Below are positions 25,576-37,842 of a stretch of 60,931 bases of DNA, piece by piece. Source of the DNA: Octopus bimaculoides. Taxonomy: Eukaryota. The notes under the pieces are model-generated. The model saw nothing but the letters and a program-made list of their open reading frames with translations, was not told the DNA's origin and ran no database searches. The position numbers were made by a program, and so were the translations under genes. Numbering within the stretch: position 1 is the first letter of the stretch; each line of letters opens with the position of its first letter. The stretch is from positions 166,239,441 through 166,300,371 of the forward strand of contig NC_068983.1 in NCBI RefSeq assembly GCF_001194135.2, read 5' to 3'.

Positions 25576-26199
25576 TTAATTTGCACACCCAACTTAACTT
25601 GGATGTGTTGTTTTAAATGCCATACGCTATGATAATCATCCTGAGAAATTATCTCATAGAAATGTTAAGTGCTAAAATGCATAGATTAATATTGGTAGAC
25701 AGGCATTCAATGGTAAGGTGCCTGTTGCTGAGGAAGCATAAATTACGCTGAACTCATGTGATACAACTGCCCCAGTTGTTGGTGCTGATGAAATTTCACC
25801 TGCCAATGTAATCTGTGCTTTTAAGCACTTAATGTCTATATGAGATGATTGCCTCAACTTACAGCAAATTAGTTTGTTACGAAGGCTGCTTCAGTCGCTA
25901 ATTGCTAATTTATACACAGCTTGCCAGGTTTTGCCACATAACTGATTTCTTAGCAAGGGTTAAACTATATCGATTTGACAGAATTTCAATCTGTCATTTG
26001 GCAGCAGGGTACCTGTTGCTGAGCAAGTGCAAATTATACAAGAATCATGTGATGCAATAGTCCCATCTGCTGATGCTGACAAAATTTCATCTGTGCTTTT
26101 TAGCACTTAATATCTATACAAGATAATTTCTCAGGACAATTACAGCAGCTTATGACATTTAAAACAACAACTCCAGGTGAAGTTGGATGTGCAAATTAA
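25576..26199. repeat. Fold-back: inverted arms (25576-25685 and 26090-26199) enclosing two degenerate direct repeats
   Basis: The arms share TTAGCACTTAA..AGATAATTTCTCAGGA..CATTTAAAACAAC..AAGTTGG.TGTGCAAATTAA. The direct repeats start GT(G/A)CCTGTTGCTGAG at 25718 and 26009. Confidence 0.8.
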
Positions 26200-26449
26200 T
26201 ATAAAGAAGTAGAATAATCTTTATGGTCTTCTAGTTCCAATTAGCAGAAGGAAATTTTAGAAAATTTTTTACACTAATCAACTATTAAAATGTACAAGCT
26301 ACAGAGACTAAACAGAATAGATTAGCTGGTTTGTTAAAAATCATCCGTTTTGTTTTAAATTAGTTCACTTGAAGTCCTCATAAGACTACATATCCATTTT
26401 TATACTTTACATATCTACCAATGCCATCACCGTCATTGTCATCACCTTC

Positions 26450-26885
26450 ACCATCATCACTGTTTTAATGTCTACTTTTGCATGTTTATATAGATCAGAC
26501 AACACCTTGTTGAGGCAGTTTCTTCCATAGCCAGACGTTTTTCCTGATATTAATTTTCACCGGTCTCAAAGCAAGGAAACAATATTTTCCCATGGCTATG
26601 GAACAATGAACAGCCTGGACATGCATTCACAGATGATTGTCAACAGAAGACACTGTTTGTATAAATGGTGACTGTTTACAATCAGCATGCACATGTCAAG
26701 ACAAGGAGCATAAATACTGCCACACAAACACAAAATGAGCTTCTTCCAGTTTCCGTCTTCCAGATTTCATTCAGAAGGCACTGGTCCACCTGCAATAGCA
26801 AATACCATAGCTGACAGGATCCACACAGTGGGAATGAATCTCTAAACCAGGTGATTCTGAAGCAAGCCTCTTAACCAAGCCTGTA
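26450..26885 (-). mobile_element. SINE family 1 head and core with tail B (RTE-like tail)
   Basis: Head and core as in family 1, short (CA)n, then tail B ending ...AAAAGTAGACATTAAAACAGTGATGATG on the minus strand. Confidence 0.7.
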
Positions 26886-27153
26886 CCTCAGATTAATTAA
26901 AACTGTCATTTATTTTGGAATCATTCATGCATGAATTTATTTGTCCCATATTATCAGAGCTATTTTCTACCACTGCTTTCAAGGATATATTCTACTTTTG
27001 AGGCAATTTACAACAGGTCTTTTGTTTTGAGTTTCCATAAATTTTGATTCATTCATCTAATACAGTTTCTCTTTACAGTAAATTTCATTAATAAATTATT
27101 AGATGCAAGCAGAACAGCAATAATCGAAACAATGGCATACATATTAGGCATTT

Positions 27154-27580
27154 AAAATATTTTCTGCCAGATTTGAACATGAATCAACAAACCATCTTTG
27201 AAGAACATCTCCTCCCTTTAGATGAAGAGTGTTTACAACACACCCCAAGTCACTGAGAAAAAGGGACTCTGAGATACTGTGGTATTTTGGCCTCATTTTG
27301 TGTCTCTTCAGCCAAAGCTGCCCTCAGAGAAATGAATTATTCAGTGATACATGTTGATTTCTGCCAGATTGATAATAAAGCATTAGGTGCTTGTAGAAGA
27401 GCAATAATCAATGTTTGCTGATTTCTATAATCAAGAGTTTAGGTTCTTTGACCTGAAGGTAGCTTTGACTGAAGAAATACTGCATCTTAAAAAGCTCTTG
27501 ATCAATAACTCAGGTATATTGGGAACACATCATCTAACAATATGATTAGCATATTCACATTTGAATCTGCAAAACAGTAT
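27154..27580. repeat. Unclassified degenerate repeat, two copies of about 200 bp in inverted orientation
   Basis: GTGTCTCTTCAGCCAAAGCTGCCCTC (27300-27325) matches the reverse complement of 27455-27480 at 21/26 positions. The outer ends share CTGCCAGATTTGAACATGAAT / ATTCACATTTGAATCTGC. Confidence 0.7.
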
Positions 27581-28245
27581 TGAAAATGGATAGATATATC
27601 AATTTAAATCCTTAATAATATAAAATGTTCCCAAAAATATTTCATATTGCTAAATGCAGTAGAGAGGTTGAAGTGAAAAATAAAAGGGGACAGGTAGGGA
27701 AAATAAGAGTTTGTAAGTAAAAATCAGATGTTAAATATCTAGATTAATAATTAACTGAAACCTAAATAAGAGAATAATTACTTGTACCTTTATTCAATCA
27801 TTAAAAATCATGAAGATTTAAATTCATAACTCATTCAAGAAGTGTTGCAAATAATGATATTAATTATTAAACAACGAACTAAAACAGAAAAATAACATTA
27901 CTGTGAAGTTCTTGTGAAGAGTGTGAGGTAAGACATGATCAAGTGATTGTTCACTGAAAGAAATATTCTGAAGGAGGAAATTAAGAATTTTAAAAAAAAG
28001 TATTTCTGAATTCCTTCTCATAATTTCTCATTGTTTTAGAGAATAAATTGCATTTATGTCTTTTTGACCATGTCACTTCCTCCTGCTTTTAAGTTCTGTT
28101 TCTTAATAAATTAGGTGATACTAAAATATGTACCTTTTGTATGATGAGCTCATTATTAAACGTTATACTTTTCCAATATATTATATCTTTGACAGTAAAT
28201 TAAAATACTTATCTATCTCTAATGCATACAGGACACTATATATAA

Positions 28246-28584
28246 GTGAAGGTGCATGGCTCAGCAGTTAGAGTGTTGAGCTTATGATCGTGAGGTTGTG
28301 AGTTCGATTCCCGGAACGGGCTGCGTGTTGTTTTCTGGAGCAAGACACTTTATTTCACGTTGCTCCAGTTAACTCAGCTGTAGAAATGAGTTGTGACATC
28401 ACTGGTGCCAAGCTTTATCGGCCCCTTTGCCTTTCCTTTAGATAACATCAGTGGTGTGGAGAGAGGAGGCTGGTATGCATGGACTGCTGGCCTTCCACAA
28501 ACAACATTGCTCAGACTTGTGCCTCGGAGGGTAACTTTCTAGGTGCAATCCCATGGTCAGTCATGACCGAAGGGGGTCACCCTA
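28246..28584 (+). mobile_element. tRNA-derived SINE, family 2
   Basis: TGGCTCAGCAG A box, GAGTTCGATTCC B box and a body matching 13005-13340. The (TA)n tail runs into an N-gap. Confidence 0.9.
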
Positions 28585-28864
28585 TATATATATATATATA
28601 TATNNNNNNNNNNNNNNNNNNNNNNNNNNNNNNNNNNNNNNNNNNNNNNNNNNNNNNNNNNNNNNNNNNNNNNNNNNNNNNNNNNNNNNNNNNNNNNNNN
28701 NNNNNNNNNNNNNNNNNNNNNNNNNNNNNNNNNNNNNNNNNNNNNNTGTAACAAAGATATTAAACATTCTCCAAAATATACTTTTATGCCTTTTCCAACT
28801 TTACTTACTTTTGGCAATTTAATTTGAAATCATTTCATTCACAGAAAGCAAATTAAATTACTAC

Positions 28865-28907
<43 letters not shown>

Positions 28908-29964
28908 TATTATCATTAACATTCTGCTATGGTTTAAATGAACATCTTTTATTTTGATAATACCAACTATGGAAAGCTGGCTTACTCTCTGATCTGCTAC
29001 AACTTCCAGACATCCCCCATCTCACTGCTCCCAAACCCGTGACATTTCTTCATTCAGTTCTGATATATTTTTCTTATCAAATCGTCTGTACCCCACCAAC
29101 TTAGGAACCAATGTTCAAATAAATCTCAGTCTGTAATCTTATCAGACACCATCAACACTATTTTAGTTATTTCTAACAAGAAAAACTGACAAGAAGACAT
29201 CATTAGGACTTTTCTTTTCTATTTTTGCTATTTTGTTTCTAACCTGTCAGCAATCAATCTCATAGGATTTTCGTTAATCTACCAAAACTCACATTCACTG
29301 TATTCACACACTCTTCCGGTATGGTAAGTCTACTCATGGAAAACTAAAATTTAAACAAGTCAATTCCTATATTATTAGCTGGTTTAGATAGAAGCTATTT
29401 CAAGCATGCTTTAAATGTTAAAAATTGATTTATTTTTCACTACAATTGAAGAAATCTATAGATTTCTTTTTATTTATGTTTATAAGTAAATATATTGGTA
29501 GTTAATAAGAAAAAGAAGATGAAAAAAGTTTAAGAGGAAGAAGGATATGATAAACATAAAAGAAAATAAGATGAAGACACATATGATAAAGAGGAAGAAG
29601 TATTTTAGTGGCATAAAATATTTAAAACAGACAGCTTAACTACTTAATGATGGAAGAACTGCAGTGAAAATCTAACTTTAAAGCAAATCTCTAAGAGATT
29701 AGTTTATTTCAGTTTATACAATATGTAAAATAATTTCTTCTGGCTAAATCCACTTTTACAAGAGATAAGTAATAGTTGATTGTACCAGCACCAGTATATT
29801 ACAGGTACACATTTATTGATTAAAAAAAGAGGCAAAGGTGGTGTTAATCATGGTAGGGTTTGAACACAGAAATACAGGCTGTCAAACTACAGTAGTTCAG
29901 CACACAAGTGTCTATATCCTAAATCAGCTGCCATTGTAACATTCCCACTTCTAATTTGCACATA

Positions 29965-30364
29965 ACAACAACAATCTTTTACACCCACTTTTCCATGCTT
30001 GCATGGTTCAGACAGAATCTTCTGAGACAGGTTTTCAATGACTGGATGCCCTTTCTGTCACCAACCTTCACTTGTCTCCAAGCAAGGTAATATTTCCCCT
30101 GCCTAGACATGATTTTCATAGAAAACTGGAAACAAACAACATTGCTTGTATGACAGTGCTGCTCATGTATGACCATATATGATGAGAAAACTATGAGATG
30201 TGCGCATATGCACACACACACACAATGGGCTTTTGTCAGTTTCTGTCCAATCAAATCTACTCATAAGGCTTTGGTCAACATGGGGCTATACTAGAAGACA
30301 CTTGCCCAAGATGCTGTGCAGTGGGACTGAACCTGAGACTGCATGACTGGCCATACCTACACCT
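29965..30364 (-). mobile_element. SINE family 1 head and core with tail B
   Basis: Head and core at 30225-30364, (CA)n at 30211-30224 and RTE-like tail at 29965-30210. Confidence 0.78.
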
Positions 30365-30498
30365 AACCTCATCTGCACTTCAGGCTTTTTTGACTACTCC
30401 TGTCGAAAAACAACAATCATTCCAGTGATATTCACTAGAACACCACGTTTCATCTTTCTCAAGCAACAGAAACTAAATAAAGCTGCTGCTGCTACAAG

Positions 30499-30536
<38 letters not shown>

Positions 30537-30548
30537 GCAGCAGCAGCA
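30499..30548. repeat. (TAC)n/(CAG)n trinucleotide microsatellite
   Basis: Read directly. It gives the poly-T and poly-V ORFs in the track. Confidence 0.95.
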
Positions 30549-31249
30549 GAGCATTATGTACTGTATACATAAAATTATGTCTTATGTTTATGAAAATGTT
30601 AATGAGAAAGTAAATTAACATGAACCAGGTCAGAGGTAAGCTGTAGGAGAAATAAATAAATTCCTGAGACAAAATAGTATCTGAGGTGGGTAAAGCCTAT
30701 TCTAAAACTATATTAAATAGCCAACAGCTAGCTAGAATTTATTCAGTACAAATATGTGAAGTGAACTGGAATGTGTTGTTCATGCCTCTCCCAGGGGCAT
30801 TAACATATCAAGTGAAAGCCTTAACCTGATATGGAAAATAGTAAATTAAGGGCGGAGAATCAAAACTGGGTCACAGCCCCCATCCAACAGAAACTTATCG
30901 TCATACCATGTGTCTGTCACTGATAAGTGATGTTAATAATAATTTCTGAATATAGACATCATGCCTAAGATAAATGTTTCACACACATGTCTCTATACAC
31001 CTTGTGTGGTATTTTCAGGCCATGGGCCAAGAAGGAAGAAATACAAAGCTTTATGCAGTGATTGTTCAACAAATAAACACAGCAACGTAAGAGAAAAGTG
31101 AGAAACAACTGGAAGTTAATATATTAAAAAAAAAAAAAAATCATTGTAATTTCCAGAAGGACTATTATGGAGACTAACAAAAAAGTAACTAACATTTTGG
31201 AATAAGTAAAGATAACATTAACTGTTTTGTTAAGCTCTGGACTCCATTG

Positions 31250-31500
31250 CAACGACAACAAGGACGAATGCAAACATTACAAATGCTATCGTGGTTGCAA
31301 TGTGTCAAATGAGACTTCATCGAGACAGGTTATCTACGATTCCCTCCTTGATGCCAACCCTCCATACTTCCATGCAAGGCAGTAATTACTGCAGTCTATC
31401 AAACAACCGAGACATGCTTCCATAGTGTTTGTGTGAGCAGTGCGGCTTTTTGGTTACAGTCAGTACACAACACGTCGAGACAGGAAGCGGGAGGGATATG
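31250..31500 (-). mobile_element. Old RTE (BovB-like) C-terminal remnant
   Basis: The minus strand gives LWKHV..ALHGSMEGWHQGGNRR*, resembling the W.GHV..ILQG..EG.R..GR motif of RTE ORFs. Confidence 0.4.
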
Positions 31501-31549
31501 CACTCATTCAAATGCATATATGTATGCATATACACATATTTAATATACA

Positions 31550-31716
31550 TGACAGGCTTCTTTCAATTTTCATCAACTAATTTCATTAAAAAAATATTGG
31601 TCAAATTGCTGCTATTGCAGACAACAGCAATCGACAGTGTCCATGCAACAGAAGTGACCTACTAACCACATGGCTCCAAAGTGAACTTCTTAACCACACA
31701 ACTACACCATGCCTGT
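31550..31716 (-). mobile_element. SINE family 1 head and core (degenerate)
   Basis: CAGGCTTCTTTCAATTTTC...CTTCTTAACCACACAACTACACCATGCCTG. Confidence 0.6.
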
Positions 31717-32384
31717 AAACGTAGCCTTGCCTGTGCACATACATTGTGTGTACATACACAAACATACTGATATGTACATATGAGCTGCTCAAACTAAATA
31801 TTTATCTTCTATGATACAGTATGCTATTTAATTTACTCCGGTTACACCAATCAGCTTACAGAGCTTCGCTCACTTTCCTTAAAGTTTGTGAAGAGCAACA
31901 CTGTTCTTAATGCCAAATTGTTTTAACAGGAGATATCAACGAATGGTTCTATCATGGCACTCTACACTTTTGTTTGTTTGGTTTGTTTTAAATAACATTT
32001 ATATGCTATAGATGTCTGTATGTGCATGTATCTTTGTTGGTGAATTTGAGCAGGTCATTTATATATTTGAAATCAAAAAAGAGATATGTTCCTTCAGTTT
32101 TATGTAAATATACATGCATGTGTGTATACATGTACATATACATACACAAAAGTATGTGTACATGTATACACCCACACTATAATCACTGTTATAATACATC
32201 ATAGTATATTGAAATTACCATATCTACATAGAAACACTTCAAACAGCAGCACAAAATTACCATAGCAGATGAGGAATGAATCCGGAAGCACAGACTTTGC
32301 GTCAGTTTGAAATCATAACATACTTTAGGCCAATCTGATATATTTAGCTTTATTTATTTATTGTTTTAATGTATCTTGCCTTAA

Positions 32385-32605
32385 CCCTTTTGATACCAAA
32401 TTTCTGTGAAATACACTGCCTCTATTTCAATTAATTTTAAATATAATGAATCTAGTAAAATAATTTTGTTATTGGCTTAACAATGTTTGAAACATAAATT
32501 AACCTGAAATTTTGATGTAAAGTTTTAATTTAAATCACCTTATATCAAAAAAAAGTTTCAATCATAGAAGCAGGGGTAGTCTCAGGCAGGCTGGTAGCAA
32601 AAGGA
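32385..32605. mobile_element. TTAA-flanked MITE, family B
   Basis: TTAA|CCCTTTTGATACCA ... TGGTAGCAAAAGGA|TTAA. Confidence 0.85.
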
Positions 32606-32972
32606 TTAAGAAAAATACCAAAAATACCAAGAATTATAAACATGGTCTACTGAAGCAATTTCTTAGTAAATTGATCCCATGTAATTTTGTTAATGATAAA
32701 ATGTCAGATTGAGAATGCATCATTCATTTAAGTTCAGTAGATTTCAAATAATTCTTGTCATACAATTATGGCTTTGTGCAAATGAAATTCGATATCACTG
32801 AAGGTACAAAAAAGGAAATAGACCAATATTGAGGCAAAAATCCACACTATTGCCGCCACCACCACCACAGGACTATTAAACAGTGCTGTTTGTATTTTCA
32901 CTCAGTTTGTATTATGCCTCAGAAACTATTGCAGAGAGGAAATTCAAATTTGCTATCAAATAAACAGAATAA

Positions 32973-33200
32973 AAATATGGCATAGTGGTTAAGAGCATGG
33001 GCTACTAACCCCAAGATTCCGAGTTCGATTCCAGGCAGTGACCTGAATAATAATAATAATAACAACATCGAAAAATACCTTAGGAATGAGAAGCCAGGTT
33101 TGAAATTTCCCCAAGACACCTGATGAAGGCTTGGAGGGATATCAGGTGAAACGTTAACAACAAACAAGATGAGGACAAATATCCGTCAAATGTAAATAAT
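32973..33200 (+). mobile_element. tRNA-headed SINE-like element ending in a hammerhead-like motif
   Basis: A box TGGCATAGTGG (32978-32988), B box GTTCGATTCC (33023-33032) and (AAT)n spacer, then GACAC-CTGATGA(33120-33126)-A-GGCTT..CAGGT-GAAA(33148-33151)-CGTT. Confidence 0.7.
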
Positions 33201-36011
33201 ATAAAAAATAATTTTGTCTTTTGAATTCTCATGTTTTGCTTTTATTTTTTTTAATATTCATTCACTTTTATTTATTCAAACACTTATTTTTTTTTTATCA
33301 AAAGTTATTTCTTTTAATGACTTGAAAGTGTGACAAAATAAAGAATAATTCATTTTGGGCCACAGAATAAATCTTTAATAAGTTTTAAACAATAAAATTT
33401 TCTTGACATCAGCTTTACTCCTACCCATACCCACATCCCACCCACTAATCAAAGAATACATTCTCAACTGTAGTCACAGACAAAATTTTCTTCTTTCCCC
33501 ACAATTCATGAAGATTATCATCTTCTTTAGTTGGACCAATTAGTCAGAACAGAGAAAACAACTGTTGTGGATCACTTCAACAATTTTGATGTGTCTAGCA
33601 ATCCAACTAGCAATCAATTGTTCATCTAAAATGAATTTTAGGGCAATGTTTTCCAATGTGAATTTCAAAGAGCACGAACATTCCAGCAATACGTTAAAAG
33701 AAAACTAATTGCCATTTTGATGTTTTTAAAAAAAAAAGAGATGGGGGACATAAAATATGCACATTGCAATGTTTAAAAATAATTACTTATAATTCTCATA
33801 AAAATTAATTTCCAAATGAAATAATCTGTCTTGCTTTATCTTTGAGTACTTATCACTTGAGATATATTTTTAAGACCCATCACTTCCCCCAACGCAACCA
33901 GCTGCAAACATTTTCCTGCAATGACGTACAACACCACCTCTGTTACAGTATATTTGGAGATGACATTAGTTTCCAAGGGAAAGACATCTGCTCCATGAGA
34001 AACCCCTGAATATCTACAGCCAATGATTAAGCAATCAGTTGCAATTTACTTTGCTAGTAAAATAATAAAGAGCATTAAAAGAGGGGACGTTAGATGATGA
34101 GAATAGGCTAAAAGTGGGGACAGGAAGCAGCAACAACTCAACTGAAGAAAGGCAACAATGATAGTCAAGAGGACACAAAGTAAACAAAAAGAACTGTAAT
34201 AGGGCTCACATTTCTAAATTTCCTAACTCCATGTAAAACTCACTTGGATCATTGCATAATTTGTTTCCCTAACTTTTCTGAAATACCACAAAATCATTTT
34301 TCATGTATTCGCACCCCATCTCATATTCTTCTACTTTAGTTAAACACAAATCTTAATTTGAAAGAAAGTTCAACCTCAACTCTTCCCTTCTACTTAAAGA
34401 TGTGTTTGGACTATAAATGTCTTTCTCAAGAATAAAATCCCTTAAAATATATACATATAATACAGCACGAAAGATATGAGCTGCTTCTCAGACTAAATTC
34501 TTAACCCACTTGAATGTATTTCTCAGGTTCTCATTGAAAGAATCGTTTGAAAGAAACACCAATTTCCTGTAGAAAATCCAACACAATATATCAACCTGAA
34601 GTAGGCAGATAAAATGTAAATTCCTTTCCGGTTTTTGTAAAACCTAATATCATATCTAATGACTGACATGTAATGCCACCAATTTGAAATGTGCAGTGAA
34701 GTTGTCAGTTGACGAACTTTGAATAATGTATCAGAAATAGCACAATGTGTTACAGGTGTAAAACATATAACCGAATGGAACCCAGATATGTTATACCAAA
34801 ATGGAATAACAAGCATTAAATTGATAATGACAATGTGTTTCCCAGTATATCTCTCTAAACAGCTTTCTTGTTTACGGCAATACAGCCTAGTTTCTGACAT
34901 GTACGTACAAACAAGTGTGTGTGAGTGTGTGTGTGCATGTGTGTAAAAATATATAGCAATTCTAGAATGCCAAAGGAAGATTAATAAAAGAACACATTCA
35001 ATTCTTATGTAATCTAAAGTTGAAAGACAACTGACAAGTCAGAACTTTCCAGGATGAAGATGATGTTACTGAATTTCTCTCTGCTTTTCCTTCTTTCTTT
35101 CTGTCTTTATTTATTTATTAGATTAAATAACTTCTTACTTTCACTGGAAAGATTTATAGTAATTTGAACATACACACACACACAAAAGAAAAAAAACCCC
35201 TCAGTTTAGTTGCTTTTTATCAATTAATAGAAAATAGAATAGGAAACAGCTGTATGATGTATGGAGAGGATTATCTTGCTGATGATATCACTGAAAGGTA
35301 ACAAGAGGGGAAAAAACAGATATCAAATGAACAGTACAAGACATAATGAACAAGGAGTTGGCATAACTGAATCCATATGCCAGACTTCAATCTGATGTTT
35401 GTTTAGACGTGGAATCATTTTAACATGGAATAAAGATAAACTAAGCAAACTTGATAATCTCTCAAAAAAAAAAAAGCCAAGCATAAATAGACATCAAACT
35501 GATTAGAAATTAGAATGCCATTTTCAAGTATTCCTGGATCATCAGATTTCTACAAATAACCAATCAAAATACAAAGAACTATAATCACACATGCATATGT
35601 GTCAAAACATGTATTTATACAATGTGTGTGTGTGTGTGTGTGAAAAATTAAGATAACCACAAGTTTATACTCTTAGTTCCTACATTTGTTTCACCATTAC
35701 AGTTGCATGGAACCCTGCACGGGGAGTTCCATGTGCATTTGGATGCTTAACCAGAATGGATCATCAGGGAACGCTTTATTGCATTAAGTTATGAAGAACT
35801 ACTATCAAGAGTAGGATAGATTGGTGAGGCATTTTGTAAGTATTTTGAGGGGGAAATAGAAGAAAAACAATTAGTTGAGAAGAAGAAAATAGACTAAGAA
35901 ACAAGAGAGAGAGAGAGAGAGAGAGAGGAGGAGAGCAAAAGAAAGACAAAAGATGGAGAATAAAGAAACAAAAAGAGATAGAAGTGAAGAAAGAATTGGA
36001 GAGGAAACTTG

Positions 36012-36280
36012 GAAAGGGTGTGGCTGTGAGGTTGTTTCCCAACCACATGGTTTTGGTTTCAGTCATTGTATGGTACCTTGGTCAAATATCTTCTATTATA
36101 GCCCTGGGCTGACAAAAGCCTTGTGAGTGGATTTGATAAACAGAAATGAAGGAAGACTGTCATATATATATGTATAGATGTGTGTGAGTAAGTGTGTGTG
36201 TATGTTTGTGGCTCCTTGTCTTCAATAAAACTGTTTGACCCTTGCAAGCATGGAAAAGGGGATGTTATGGTGATGTGCAT
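36012..36280 (+). mobile_element. SINE family 1 head and core with shortened tail B
   Basis: GTGTGGCTGTGAGG..CAACCACATGG..CCTTGGTCAAA..AAAGCCTTGTGAGTGGATTTG, later GACCCTTGCAAGCATGGAAAAG. Confidence 0.7.
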
Positions 36281-36416
36281 GGATACACACACACATACAC
36301 ACATTTAAAAATATCTTCTAAACACTCACACATACCTACACATTTATATGCACAGGGGTACAACTCCAACACCCTTCCTTCACACATACACACACTCATC
36401 TTATTATACACATAAA

Positions 36417-36499
<83 letters not shown>

Positions 36500-36974
36500 G
36501 AAACATGACTAGAAATCAAGAAAGTGTGTGCATAGGTGGATAAGTTTAATATTCTAAAACACAGTTACATTTCCACGATGTTCCCTGCCACCATCAAATA
36601 TAAAGGGTCTGACACGTTACATCAAAAAGTTATGTAAAACAAAAAAGGTTATTTGCAAAAGAAAACAGAAAAGAAATGATATTACTGCTATAAGTGAATA
36701 GCAGCCAAAACCTTAAACTCCTCACATTCACAGGAGTAGTGTGTATAGGGGTGCATTTAAGGGGTGGTAATACAACCTCTTAAAATAGTTAAACTACCTG
36801 AGGTCTCTCTCTGCATGTGTAGAGTGTTGTTGCTGTTGTTACTATGAGAGGGGGAGGAAGAGGGAGAGAGAAAGAGAGGGTAACAAAATTGATGGGATTG
36901 GCTCCAGAAAATCATGTCTTTATGATTTTGACTCTTTGTGTTGTAAGGGGTTTGGTATGAAAGTATTACATATA

Positions 36975-37842
36975 CAGGGTGCGATGGGTAAATTGTCACC
37001 ATTTTATATTTTTAATTTCGCACATATACATTGTTTTTGATTTTGTCAAATACACAGTATTGTAGGGTCAGTTGGGGGCACTGTCTGTGAGAAAATCAGC
37101 GCCATGTGCAATTCACTCTGCCAGAAATTTGGAAACAACATGCTGTACTGCTTGGCATGTGTGCTAGAAGCCCCACTATGAACATTACAGAGTGTTTGGG
37201 TGTTAATCTAAGGAAATGTAGAGAGAGTGATAAAAATCAAACATCCAGTCAACATCATGGTGTCTGGAGTGGTCACTAGTGATGGTGACGTTATGCCTCC
37301 ATTCATCTTCCCACAAGGCCTCAGACTCAACATGGAGGCCTACATCAAGTTCCTGGAGGAGGTAGTGCTGCCCTGGGTCAAGAGGGTGGCTGCTGGAAGA
37401 CCCTATGTCTGGCAACAGGACTCTGCACCACGCCACACAAGCAGGGGAACCCAGTCATGGCTGTCAGACAATTTCTGCGACCACAGCGTCCCTAACATCT
37501 GGTCACCAGACTGCAACACCCTTAATTATTATGTGTAGGGGCATAATTGAGCAAGCGGCCAACAAAACTCCTTGTAACACCACAGATGAACTGAAGGCAA
37601 GGATTATGGCAGCATTCACCAACTTATACAAGGAGATCGTCCAGAAGAGTTGCAAGAGATTCCAAAGTTGTCTGGTGACCATGGTTAGAATATTAAACTT
37701 ATCCACCTTTATTGAATAAATTTACTCTTTAGTATTTCAAGATATTTTTATGTAATTCTGGTAAACATATCTGTTAAAATGAGATGTCAGTGTTATTTTC
37801 CTTTTTGCGTAACTTAGATGACAATATATTCACCACACCCTG
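36975..37842 (+). mobile_element. Internally deleted Tc1/mariner-superfamily element, maT (DD37D)-type
   Basis: TA|CAGGGTG ... CACCCTG|TA TIRs. Translates as KHPVNIMVSGVVTSDG..YIKFLEEVVLPW..PYVWQQDSAPRHTS..W---SPDCNTLNYYV. Restoring the three residues missing between W and SPD gives 37 residues from the QQD aspartate to the third catalytic position. Confidence 0.88.

Noticed and set aside
31233-31385. Plus-strand peptide SSGLHCNDNKDECKHYKCYRGCNVSNE.. resembling an EGF-repeat junction
   Set aside because: The cysteine pattern stops after the third EGF cysteine and the frame ends in a stop. The opposite strand is better explained as an old RTE remnant.
32973-33045. Functional tRNA gene
   Set aside because: A and B boxes are present, but the anticodon and T stems pair poorly, the implied ACT anticodon is atypical, and it is followed by SINE-like sequence.
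34523-34900. 125-aa minus-strand ORF
   Set aside because: No recognisable domain or convincing splice context, and its composition is compatible with a chance ORF.
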